A stretch of DNA of 64,000 bases from IMG/VR virus record IMGVR_UViG_3300010348_001730, positions 1 to 64,000 of that record; one strand, given 5' to 3'. Below the pieces are notes generated by a model. It was not told where the DNA came from and did no database searches. It worked only from the letters and a program-made list of their open reading frames with translations. Of this stretch, positions 51,337 to 59,537 are shown in pieces (position 1 is the stretch's first letter; every line of letters starts with the position of its first letter). The translations under genes and the position numbers were made by a program. This stretch comes from a virus. Lineage: Duplodnaviria > Caudoviricetes.

Positions 51337-52052
51337 TATTTAATAAGGTTTAAATTTCTTGCTTGAGCAACCCATCCAGGAAACTCATTCATCAATGACG
51401 GATAGAGTTGAGAGTCTGGGAAATTCTTAATATCTGAGATACTAAAGAAATTCGCATTATCAATTTTTCTACCTTTTAGATCATCAAGTTTTTGTAAAAA
51501 ACTAAATGATTCTCTTCCAATACCTACAAATTGTATGAAAAAGCCTTGTTCAGACATACTTCTTACAATATCTTCAGTTTCTGATCTATCAAAATTATCA
51601 CCATCAGTGATAAAAATGATATATACAGGATCTTTCATTTTACCAGGAGTACCGCCAAGACCAAGGAATGAACCTTGTTTTTTAGGTGCAAAATCACGTT
51701 GAATTTCTCTCAACACTGGAGCATAATTAGTACCACCCATAGAGTATTTACCAATTACTTTATTTTGAATGTAGCCATCCAAATTTTTCAAAGTGATGTT
51801 TTCAGGTAATTTAACTGAGCCGTTTTCAAACAAATAGAAATCAACTTCTCCATTGTCATCAAAAGCTAAACCAAGTGGTAAAATTCTTTCTACGGTATCT
51901 TGTACAGTACCGTTTGCATAAAGACTTCCCATTGAACCAGAGTAGTCCAGAGCCAGTACAACTTGAGCTTTTTGAGAACCTAATCCCATATCTTTTTTCA
52001 AGTTAAGTACTGACTCTTTTCTTTCTCTAAGCTTTACTAAATCTAACGCCAT
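51336..52052 (-). CDS. vWA domain protein (TerF-associated type)
   Basis: 'LDYSGSM', 'FDDNG', 'GGTNYAP', 'FITDG', 'QFVGIG', 'DNANFF'. Confidence 0.85.
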   Translation of the reverse strand: MALDLVKLRERKESVLNLKKDMGLGSQKAQVVLALDYSGSMGSLYANGTVQDTVERILPLGLAFDDNGEVDFYLFENGSVKLPENITLKNLDGYIQNKVIGKYSMGGTNYAPVLREIQRDFAPKKQGSFLGLGGTPGKMKDPVYIIFITDGDNFDRSETEDIVRSMSEQGFFIQFVGIGRESFSFLQKLDDLKGRKIDNANFFSISDIKNFPDSQLYPSLMNEFPGWVAQARNLNLIK

Positions 52053-52053
52053 T

Positions 52054-52692
52054 TTATTGATGTTGAGATAATAAAGCGTTTAAATCTCCTGTAAATCCTT
52101 GACCTAAAGCACGAACTTTTAGATCTTCATTGTTCCAGTAGATTTCACCAACAATTACACCTGATTCAATTGAGAAATCCTCTTTCAAATCATAGCGAAT
52201 ATGTTCTTTACCATCAGAACCTTTGATGCTGCAATAAGCTCCATCAACCATTCCCATAGCTTGTTTTCTCTTATCTGCTTCGTAAATATTTACGGCAATA
52301 AGAATTTTCTTGTCTTTTGGTAATAGAGAAGAATTGATGAATAAAGTTTCATCATCTCCATCACCTTGGCCGGTACGATTGTCTTTAGTAATTACAACAG
52401 GAGCATTTGCTAAAATACTCTTAGCTGTGGCCACCACATCTGTTGAAGAAGCATACGCGACATCAGAAGAGGTTCCTTTACCATCAACATTACCATAGAA
52501 AAAGAAATTTGCTTCTGTAGCACCTTTTCCATCACTGGCATTAACAATAAGACCAACAACATCAAGATCATAATCATCTTTGACACTGCTGTCATTTTTA
52601 ACATTCCAACCTAAACCAACTTGAAGTTCATTTAAGTTTAGATCAGCTTTCTCTAACTTGAGATTCTGACCTTTTTGAAGTGATAGTGACAT
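52054..52692 (-). CDS. terD: TerD-family stress protein
   Basis: 'LSLQKGQN', 'VGLGW', 'DLD', 'DNRTGQGDGDDE', 'RALGQG'. Confidence 0.9.
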   Translation of the reverse strand: MSLSLQKGQNLKLEKADLNLNELQVGLGWNVKNDSSVKDDYDLDVVGLIVNASDGKGATEANFFFYGNVDGKGTSSDVAYASSTDVVATAKSILANAPVVITKDNRTGQGDGDDETLFINSSLLPKDKKILIAVNIYEADKRKQAMGMVDGAYCSIKGSDGKEHIRYDLKEDFSIESGVIVGEIYWNNEDLKVRALGQGFTGDLNALLSQHQ

Positions 52693-52712
52693 ATAAAAAA
52701 TTTAAAAATTTA

Positions 52713-53438
52713 CTAATTGTTTTTCTTACCAAACATGATAGGAAATAGGAATACAGTCAATGTAATAGCACTAAATATTAAATCAGTGTTATGTCCATTA
52801 AGAATTGCGTGAATTTTTGTTTCTGGAAAGAAATCAAATATTCCTGCTAAAGCCATTTTAAGACCTAATAGTAATATTACGTAAAATACACTTAATTCTA
52901 ATGAAGGATATTTATTAAGTATTGATGAAAAATATTGTGCAACAAATCTCATAGCTAATATACCTAATGCTACAGCACTACATACAATCCAGAAATTATT
53001 ACTTAGACTGACAACTGCTACCAGATTATCAATACTAAATACAATATCTAAAAATTCCACCATTACTACTGTAGTCCAGAATTTATTTAAACCTATCCAA
53101 TTACATAATTTTTGTAACCAACCTGGTTCTTTTCCTTCTTCAACACTATCAGGTTCTACTGTTAAATGTGTGTAAAACAAATGACATAAATACAATCCAC
53201 CTGCAATTTTAAACCACGCTCCTACAGAAGGATTATAAATAATCCAACTTACAAAAGCTAAAGATAATCCTCTAAAAAGATAAGCTCCAATAATACCATA
53301 TGTCATGGCATGTTTTCTTTGTTTCTCATCTTTTAAATTTTTGTTAACAATAACTGCAATAACGCTCGCATTATCAACACTAAGTATAACTTCAATCAAT
53401 AAGATATTAAGAAATACTAAAATACTTGTTGTAATCAT
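52713..53438 (-). CDS. terC: TerC-family membrane protein
   Basis: 'EVILSVDNASVIA', 'YGIIGAYLFR', 'DIVFSIDN', 'GILAMRF'. Confidence 0.9.
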   Translation of the reverse strand: MITTSILVFLNILLIEVILSVDNASVIAVIVNKNLKDEKQRKHAMTYGIIGAYLFRGLSLAFVSWIIYNPSVGAWFKIAGGLYLCHLFYTHLTVEPDSVEEGKEPGWLQKLCNWIGLNKFWTTVVMVEFLDIVFSIDNLVAVVSLSNNFWIVCSAVALGILAMRFVAQYFSSILNKYPSLELSVFYVILLLGLKMALAGIFDFFPETKIHAILNGHNTDLIFSAITLTVFLFPIMFGKKNN

Positions 53439-53796
53439 AATAATTGGTTTTAACTGTTTTCTTTTTTTTTTAATTTACGTAATGTTTGATCTTTTCAATA
53501 TTTATATTATTATGCTGATAACCTTTCTTGAGTTGGTTACGAGGACTGGATACCTCCATCTTATAGGTTACGAGCCTAATGAGCATTATATAAATATTAT
53601 TCAATCAGTCAGAGCATACCTGAATATTTAGCTGAAGACTTAATTTATGAATTTTAAAAATGATAAAGTTAGCACCCTCTTGTCTTATTCACAGAATGGC
53701 AACCTTAATAGGTAATCTCTGCTATTATAAGAGTAGGGTCACGTAGTTTGGTGTTTCAACTCACCAGATTGTTCGCCAAAGCTTTTTTTACTACTT

Positions 53797-53892
53797 GCTG
53801 AGAACTCATTTGTGTTATGTAGCTAATAGATTTCTCTATAATGTTTGCTTATTGCTACCTGCTTTGATTCCTTTCTCAAGGGAACAACACAT
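53797..53892 (-). ncRNA. Candidate structured RNA with pseudoknot
   Basis: UGUGUU/AACACA closing stem, UUCC/GGAA hairpin whose loop UGAGAA is complementary to downstream UUCUCA, AUAGA-GAAA-UCUAU hairpin; lies in a 1 kb ORF-free region. Confidence 0.4.
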
Positions 53893-54516
53893 CTAGGATT
53901 ACTCCAAATAAAACTTTTGAGATAAAACTGCAAGTTTGCAAACTTTGTTATTCATATTTTTATTTATCCTGTCAATTCAGGATTAGTATCTTTATGTAAA
54001 TTAATAAGAATGGACTTTAAAAGTCTGACAAACTTTTTCTTATTTACAAAGGTATTCAATGTTTAACCTTTATTTTATTTTAAAAAGTTAAATATCTCTT
54101 ATACATAATACTATTACATATTACGTTCTGTACTTTCTTTTTTCTAATTAGATTTCTAATCCTTATTAGTTATAGATTTCCCTCAAGATACAATTTCTTA
54201 TTCCTAGGAAGACTTGTCACTTATGAGTAAGACTTACGTGAAGGTAGTTCTACCATCATTAATATTTAACTTTTATATTTTAAAAAATCACTTGTCCATA
54301 TCTAGTGGAATAACTTCATACTACACCCCAGTTACGAGGATACCCTCACTACTTCAAACAGCCCATTCAGCACTTTATACATTACGCCTAAGTAGTTACT
54401 CTATTATTTTTCATTAACCTTTACAATAAACACAACTGCTAGTACAGTTTTAATAAGGAGCTTTGTTTCAAGCATTAGAAATCTCTGACATATTTGTTTA
54501 TCTTCAAGCAAGTGAT

Positions 54517-54666
54517 TTATTTTATTGATTTTAATGAATCTGATTTTCTATAAGCCATAACATCAAAAGTAATTCCTGATTGAGAATTATCATTTCTTGT
54601 TTTATGAATTAAAGAACCATTCATATAAATATAAGTTTCATTATTTTCGTTTAAAACTATAACCAT
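54517..54666 (-). CDS. Small hypothetical protein
   Basis: ATG at 54666 just downstream of tRNA-Leu (MVIVLNENNE...). Confidence 0.4.
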   Translation of the reverse strand: MVIVLNENNETYIYMNGSLIHKTRNDNSQSGITFDVMAYRKSDSLKSIK

Positions 54667-54680
54667 AATTATAAATTTTG

Positions 54681-54766
54681 TACTCAGAGCGGGACTTGAA
54701 CCCGCACGGACATTGCTGTTCACTGGATTTTAAGTCCAGCGTGTCTACCAATTTCACCATCCGAGC
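54681..54766 (-). tRNA. tRNA-Leu(UAA)
   Basis: GCUCGGA acceptor, CUGGA-CUUAAAA-UCCAG anticodon arm, long variable arm, GCGGG-UUCAAGU-CCCGC T arm. Confidence 0.95.
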
Positions 54767-54772
54767 AAATGA

Positions 54773-54940
54773 TTAATCAAAATCAAAATCGCTGAAATCA
54801 TCAATATCAATATCTCCTCCTTGAAGAAGTATTGCAATTGCTGCTCCAACAGCGGCACCACATAATATATGAAGCATTGTATATTTTATAATACCTCCAA
54901 TTATTGCACCTAAAACAGTAAATACTAATAATAAAATCAT
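54773..54940 (-). CDS. Small two-helix membrane protein with acidic tail
   Basis: ATG at 54940 just after tRNA-Arg; two hydrophobic stretches then 'DIDIDDFSDFDFD'. Confidence 0.5.
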   Translation of the reverse strand: MILLLVFTVLGAIIGGIIKYTMLHILCGAAVGAAIAILLQGGDIDIDDFSDFDFD

Positions 54941-54942
54941 AG

Positions 54943-55016
54943 TATCTCCAGTAGGATTCAAACCTACGACCTATAGGTTAGAAACCTATTGCTCTATTCA
55001 ACTGAGCTATGGAGAC
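54943..55016 (-). tRNA. tRNA-Arg(UCU)
   Basis: GUCUCCA acceptor, AUAGG-UUUCUAA-CCUAU anticodon arm, GUAGG-UUUGAAU-CCUAC T arm. Confidence 0.9.
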
Positions 55017-55022
55017 GTAAAT

Positions 55023-55163
55023 GCTGTGTACCTGATTGCGCAATAAACAGGTTTTTTCTTTATCTACGGAGTTTATTCTCTTCTCAGCTTACACGCCCTA
55101 TTGAGTGTTGCTTTGAGTCGTGTTAGGGCACGTGAATTTGTTGTACAGATAATATAACACAGC
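55023..55163 (-). ncRNA. Candidate structured RNA between tmRNA and tRNA-Arg
   Basis: GCUGUGU/ACACAGC closing stem; internal GCCCUA/UAGGGC and CCUG/CAGG stems. Confidence 0.4.
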
Positions 55164-55193
55164 TTTTGTTTTTATGAGGAATATCCTCTTTAG

Positions 55194-55550
55194 TGGAGAC
55201 GGGGAGAGTCGAACTCCCGTCATACTAATTTTTCAATAAAATAAATTTACAGCTTTTAGGGTCAAAAGTTTTTGACTACCACCACTTCATTTTATGGTTG
55301 AAGAACCTCGATAGCAATTTTATTAATTGTCAATTTCCTATTTAAGCTTAGGCAGCTACTAACATTGGTGCAACATAAGTTCCTTTACCAATAACAGTTT
55401 CGCTATTAAGAATATTATGAACTACTTTCATGTTAGCTTTTACTTGGTTGTTTTCTACGTTTCCGTTTATTGAATTTCACCTTAGTTTACAGTTATCTCT
55501 CTGGCTGTTTATTTTACTTACTAGATTCGCATTCAAATCCATTCGTCCCC
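55194..55550 (-). ncRNA. ssrA: tmRNA
   Basis: 5' GGGGACG pairs with 3' CGUCUCC-A with G3.U Ala identity; GGAUUUGA 5' motif; GGGAG-UUCGACU-CUCCC T arm; internal tag ORF 55464-55348 ending LVAA*. Confidence 0.9.
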
Positions 55551-55663
55551 TTTCGATTTTTTATTATTTTTCAATTTTTTAATAAATCTAAAAGATTCAA
55601 TAATTGTTAAAAAAATACACCAAAAAACAAGAAATATTATTGAAAAATATATTTTATTCATAG

Positions 55664-56765
55664 TCAGATTAATTTTAATAATTCAAATTTCAGTTTTGAT
55701 TTTTTATTGTTGCTGTAATTAATCTTTTCAACTTACATTTTTTTTTCGAGGACTAGTTGCTGACCAATTCGCATAGTTAAATTCGATTCGAACGAATATA
55801 CACCAGTTTTAATCTAAAATTGCTGTTAGTAAGTTTGTCAGATAACTCCGATATTCCACACCAAGTGCCTCGGCTATAGGGCTAGGGAATCGAACCCATT
55901 TCGTCTCTTGTGACAAAAAAGTGATAGAGTGAAATTTGCTGTTTGTTATCTTATCAGTAGTGCTTTTTTTGAAGTAATCGGATTTGCAGTCTGAGTTTCA
56001 TAAAAAATTTGCTGTGACACTACTTTTCAATTTCCATTTTAACGAATACAAATTAAAAGTTTGTTGTTTATAAATTTGCTGTTAGGAAATTTATCAGCTT
56101 TCATTTTTTGACAACCAGTCTTCAAGATAGGAATCGAACCTCTCTAGAGCATAATGGAGCTTAAATGTAATTTGCTGTTAGAAAGCTTTTCAGATCATAT
56201 AATAATACGTGCTCTAACCAACTGAGCTAAAGATAAGACATTCTTATCCTCTCAGACTCGAACTGAGGACCACGAGGTTGACAGCCTATTTATAAATTGC
56301 AGTAAATGATCTTGTCAGAATGTATTTTACGTTGTGTTACATTACACCATGTTGAACGAATGTTCTCACTGGATTTTTACCAGAACCACGGCACCAAAAG
56401 CTTTTAAATTGCTGTTGACATTCTTATCAGGATACATCTGGTTTTTCAAAGTATAGAAAGTTTTGAATTGCTGTAAATATCCTTATCCTCCTAGTTTCCT
56501 AGGGGATTAAATGAATGAGTTTTCATTATGTTTACAATCAGACATTTAGTATTGAACAGGTGTAGTTTCAATATCTGAAGTTATTAAATAATGTTTCTCA
56601 TTTTCGTAGCGTGTCTAATTTTTAGTATTTAGATTTGCTGTTTCTACACCTAAATATCAGCTTGTTATAGCTGTATTGTTAGGGGTGCTCACTTGCAGGC
56701 TGTGAGTTAGTCTTAATATAGGTAAGATTTATAATTGTGAGTTTGCAGTTCATAACCTGACAGGT
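55664..56765 (-). repeat. Tandem array of stem-ACAGCAA RNA units carrying tRNA-like inserts (Y-RNA-like)
   Basis: 9 abutting units (55664-56485) plus 2 looser units; each is a 7-bp stem, 2 nt, AC(A/U)GCAA, variable insert, complementary stem, GAHA linker. Confidence 0.85.
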
Positions 56766-56791
56766 TAAGTAATGCCGTCCACCCCATATCT

Positions 56792-58471
56792 TTACATCTT
56801 TATCAGATGCATTATTTCTTGATCCATTGCTGCTTCAAATAATTCGGCAGCAGTTGAAGGTGCTTTTTTCTCAGCTTGTTCTTCTGTTCCTGTAAGGAAT
56901 GCTACAGTAGAACCATCATAGCCTGAAAAATAAAAAATGTTTTTTACATCACCATAAGTTTCAAATTTATTTCCAGCTCCTCTACGTTGAAGATTCCATA
57001 AAACAATTTGAAAATTAGCAACATATTCTTTAGAAAATCCTGCATGTTTTAATAACTGTAATGCTGATTCAACATTAGTCTTGTTTAATTGACCGGGATT
57101 AAATTCATTATCTGAAATACAAAGTATTCCTGTAGGAAATTCTGATTCAGAAATACCTTTTGATTTAATAGAACATAATAGTTGAATTACTGATAAAAAT
57201 TCTGTACTACCAACATAATGGCTGCTATCATTTACCCATTTTTCATAAGGTGTAGAACCTTTCCAAAAATGTAATTTTGCAGAACTATTAAATTCTATCC
57301 AAGCATTAGCAAAAGCACCTTTAGGTAACATTTCACTGAAGAATAAAGCTAAAGCTTTTGCAATACCAAAACAAGATTGCGTTGTACCTGTAGCTGGTGA
57401 AATCATAGATCCAGAAGTATCTCTTACTACAATAAGTGAAGTATTTTGATTAGCTCCTTTTTTGGCAGTTTCAACTAATCCTCTAAATTGAGAATTTAAA
57501 GTATCAATTTGATATTTCTTTTGAGATATCTTAGTAAACAATTCATGAGGATATCCTGTAAATTTAGCAACAGGTCTTGACTCAATCCATTTCTCATACT
57601 TAGCTTCTAATTTATTATTAGCTAAATATTTACCGGACACCATTAAAGCTAATGCTCTACCATGTACAGTATCAAAATCTACAAGGTTATGTTTACCTTG
57701 TGAAATTAATTGTTGCCATTGATGTGCAGTACCAGATGTTTTAAGCTTTCTATATGTTCTATAGTTTTTATAATTATCCTCTTGTGTTTTACCACCAAAT
57801 AATAAACTACAAATCCATTTAGCAATAAGATTATCTGCTTGAGCTTCAACAGTATTACATTTAGAATTGGCTTTTATTTGTGGTAAATATTTCTTTACGA
57901 GATTTGTAGAATTTTCATTCTCAAGTCCAGCTAATAATAATTTACCAAAATTATTCCAATCTAATTGTCTATCTTTCCAACCATTGTATTGTAAATCATA
58001 AGATAACATTTGAATAATATCTTTCCATGAACCAGCAGAAATGTATAATTGGATATTGTTCCAAAATACATTTTTGTGGTTGATTGAAAGCCATATCATT
58101 CTAACAATACCTTCATGTCTCAATCCAGAACCTCTTTGAACTGATTTAGTTTTTGTACCATCAAATAATGATACAACACGAGTAATCATTCTAATAAAGA
58201 AGATTAAACAAACAGTTAATCTTGGATTTTTTCCATACAACGTGGAAACATCTCTTGAGATATCTGAATAGCTTCTAGGACTTTTCATTGTTCCAAGCTG
58301 TCCAAATTGATCTACAAAATCATTACCTGTTGTAGAGTATTTTATTGCTCCATTTTCTGATTTAACAGTAGCTGTTTTTTGTTGCGCTGCTGATAAAAAA
58401 GAATTTTTTGTTGCAACATTAGAATCAGATGATGAGGTTGAAAACAACCTACTTTTTTTTGCTTCAAACAT
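56792..58471 (-). CDS. TROVE/Ro60-related protein (DUF2828-like helical domain + vWA)
   Basis: 'GNDFVDQF', 'GSGLR', 'GSWKD', 'KYLP', 'YRKL', 'YPHEL', MIDAS 'VVRDTSGSM', 'ISDNEFN', 'IVLWNL', 'SGY'. Confidence 0.8.
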   Translation of the reverse strand: MFEAKKSRLFSTSSSDSNVATKNSFLSAAQQKTATVKSENGAIKYSTTGNDFVDQFGQLGTMKSPRSYSDISRDVSTLYGKNPRLTVCLIFFIRMITRVVSLFDGTKTKSVQRGSGLRHEGIVRMIWLSINHKNVFWNNIQLYISAGSWKDIIQMLSYDLQYNGWKDRQLDWNNFGKLLLAGLENENSTNLVKKYLPQIKANSKCNTVEAQADNLIAKWICSLLFGGKTQEDNYKNYRTYRKLKTSGTAHQWQQLISQGKHNLVDFDTVHGRALALMVSGKYLANNKLEAKYEKWIESRPVAKFTGYPHELFTKISQKKYQIDTLNSQFRGLVETAKKGANQNTSLIVVRDTSGSMISPATGTTQSCFGIAKALALFFSEMLPKGAFANAWIEFNSSAKLHFWKGSTPYEKWVNDSSHYVGSTEFLSVIQLLCSIKSKGISESEFPTGILCISDNEFNPGQLNKTNVESALQLLKHAGFSKEYVANFQIVLWNLQRRGAGNKFETYGDVKNIFYFSGYDGSTVAFLTGTEEQAEKKAPSTAAELFEAAMDQEIMHLIKM

Positions 58472-58475
58472 CTTG

Positions 58476-58874
58476 TTACGTTTTAAAAGATTTAATAATT
58501 TTTTTAATTGTTTTGATTCTTTGTTTGTTACCTTTTTTAGTTAAAGGTAATAAAAAACCTGAATTTTCAATTTCATATCTTTGTTTTAAAGATAATTTAG
58601 GTGGAACATTTTCAAAATGTGTTAAAACAACATTTTGAAAATGTTCTTTTTCTTTTGAATTAATAATATCTTCAAGACATAATTTATCGATTATTTGACA
58701 AATACCAAAATAATCTTTTTTTTTACCACTTATTTTCAATTCAGAAATAATTAATTTGAATATTTTTATTTCTTTTTCTTTTTTAGAATCATACTCTAAA
58801 AAAAGATAAATAAAAATACATATAATTATTATAAAAATTAAAAATTGAATTGAAATTGAAACATAATTATCCAT
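58476..58874 (-). CDS. Hypothetical protein with N-terminal transmembrane helix
   Basis: 132 aa; hydrophobic N-terminus. Confidence 0.5.
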   Translation of the reverse strand: MDNYVSISIQFLIFIIIICIFIYLFLEYDSKKEKEIKIFKLIISELKISGKKKDYFGICQIIDKLCLEDIINSKEKEHFQNVVLTHFENVPPKLSLKQRYEIENSGFLLPLTKKGNKQRIKTIKKIIKSFKT

Positions 58875-59088
58875 TATCTATATTTTTACTAGGTCTGTTT
58901 GTAGAAGGAGCTTCAAAAGGTTTTTTATCTTTACTAACTCTTTTGGCATTTTTAGCAGAACCTTCACAAATTGTGCATGATGCTTTTTTACCATCTTGCG
59001 TTATGTTGTGTAACCTCATTCCTTTACCATAAGTAATATCTTGAAATTCACTAGTACATTTACATCTTAATACAGTTGTTTTTGACAT
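58867..59088 (-). CDS. Small Zn-ribbon-like protein
   Basis: 'CKC..EFQD..YGKGMRLHN...CTIC'. Confidence 0.6.
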   Translation of the reverse strand: MSKTTVLRCKCTSEFQDITYGKGMRLHNITQDGKKASCTICEGSAKNAKRVSKDKKPFEAPSTNRPSKNIDNG

Positions 59089-59090
59089 TT

Positions 59091-59327
59091 TTAATTTTTA
59101 AGTTCGTCAATATTTTTAAGATTAAATCTAAGATTAAATTTAGCCATTTTGTTAGCAAAATTTACTCTAAATTGTTTTAAAGAATTATTAAATCCTGCTG
59201 GATTTCTTTGTTTTAATTCTTTATAATCTCTTTTAGCTCGTTTTTTTTCCTCTTTTGTGAACAAGTTGTTTGGACACAATCTTAATGGAAAATATTCACT
59301 TACAATAGGTTGCTGGAAATTAGACAT
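59091..59327 (-). CDS. Hypothetical basic protein
   Basis: 78 aa ORF. Confidence 0.45.
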   Translation of the reverse strand: MSNFQQPIVSEYFPLRLCPNNLFTKEEKKRAKRDYKELKQRNPAGFNNSLKQFRVNFANKMAKFNLRFNLKNIDELKN

Positions 59328-59342
59328 AAAAGAGAATCCGGA

Positions 59343-59537
59343 TTATTTATTTAACGTTAAAGTAAACGATTGAATTTCATTTTTGTAAATAGTTTTTCCA
59401 TTTACATCTACAAAGTTACCTCTGTGATCTCTTTTTGGACCGAAACCTCTTCCTTTCACAACTTGTAAACATTTTGTACTTTTTGGAGAACCTTTAAAAG
59501 GAACATACGACAGCGTGTAAGTTTTTTGCTGAGCCAT
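59343..59537 (-). CDS. Hypothetical basic protein
   Basis: 64 aa ORF with A-rich translation initiation region. Confidence 0.5.
   Translation of the reverse strand: MAQQKTYTLSYVPFKGSPKSTKCLQVVKGRGFGPKRDHRGNFVDVNGKTIYKNEIQSFTLTLNK

Noticed and set aside
54710-54724. ACAGCAA in the tRNA-Leu variable arm matching the array box
   Set aside because: Here it is an ACA-GCAA-UGU GNRA hairpin in a normal variable arm, without the stem/GAHA context; likely coincidence
54517-54961. ORF-track starts at 54723 and 54961
   Set aside because: These N-terminal extensions run through tRNA-Leu and tRNA-Arg; downstream ATGs at 54666 and 54940 are more plausible
55728-56426. Calling the array inserts ordinary tRNA genes
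   Set aside because: Arm order is permuted, acceptor ends are sealed or missing, and several units have only an anticodon arm
55664-56485. CRISPR array interpretation of the repeats
   Set aside because: The conserved part is only about 7 nt plus a variable self-complementary stem, unit length varies from 59 to 125 nt, inserts are tRNA-like, and no cas genes are seen
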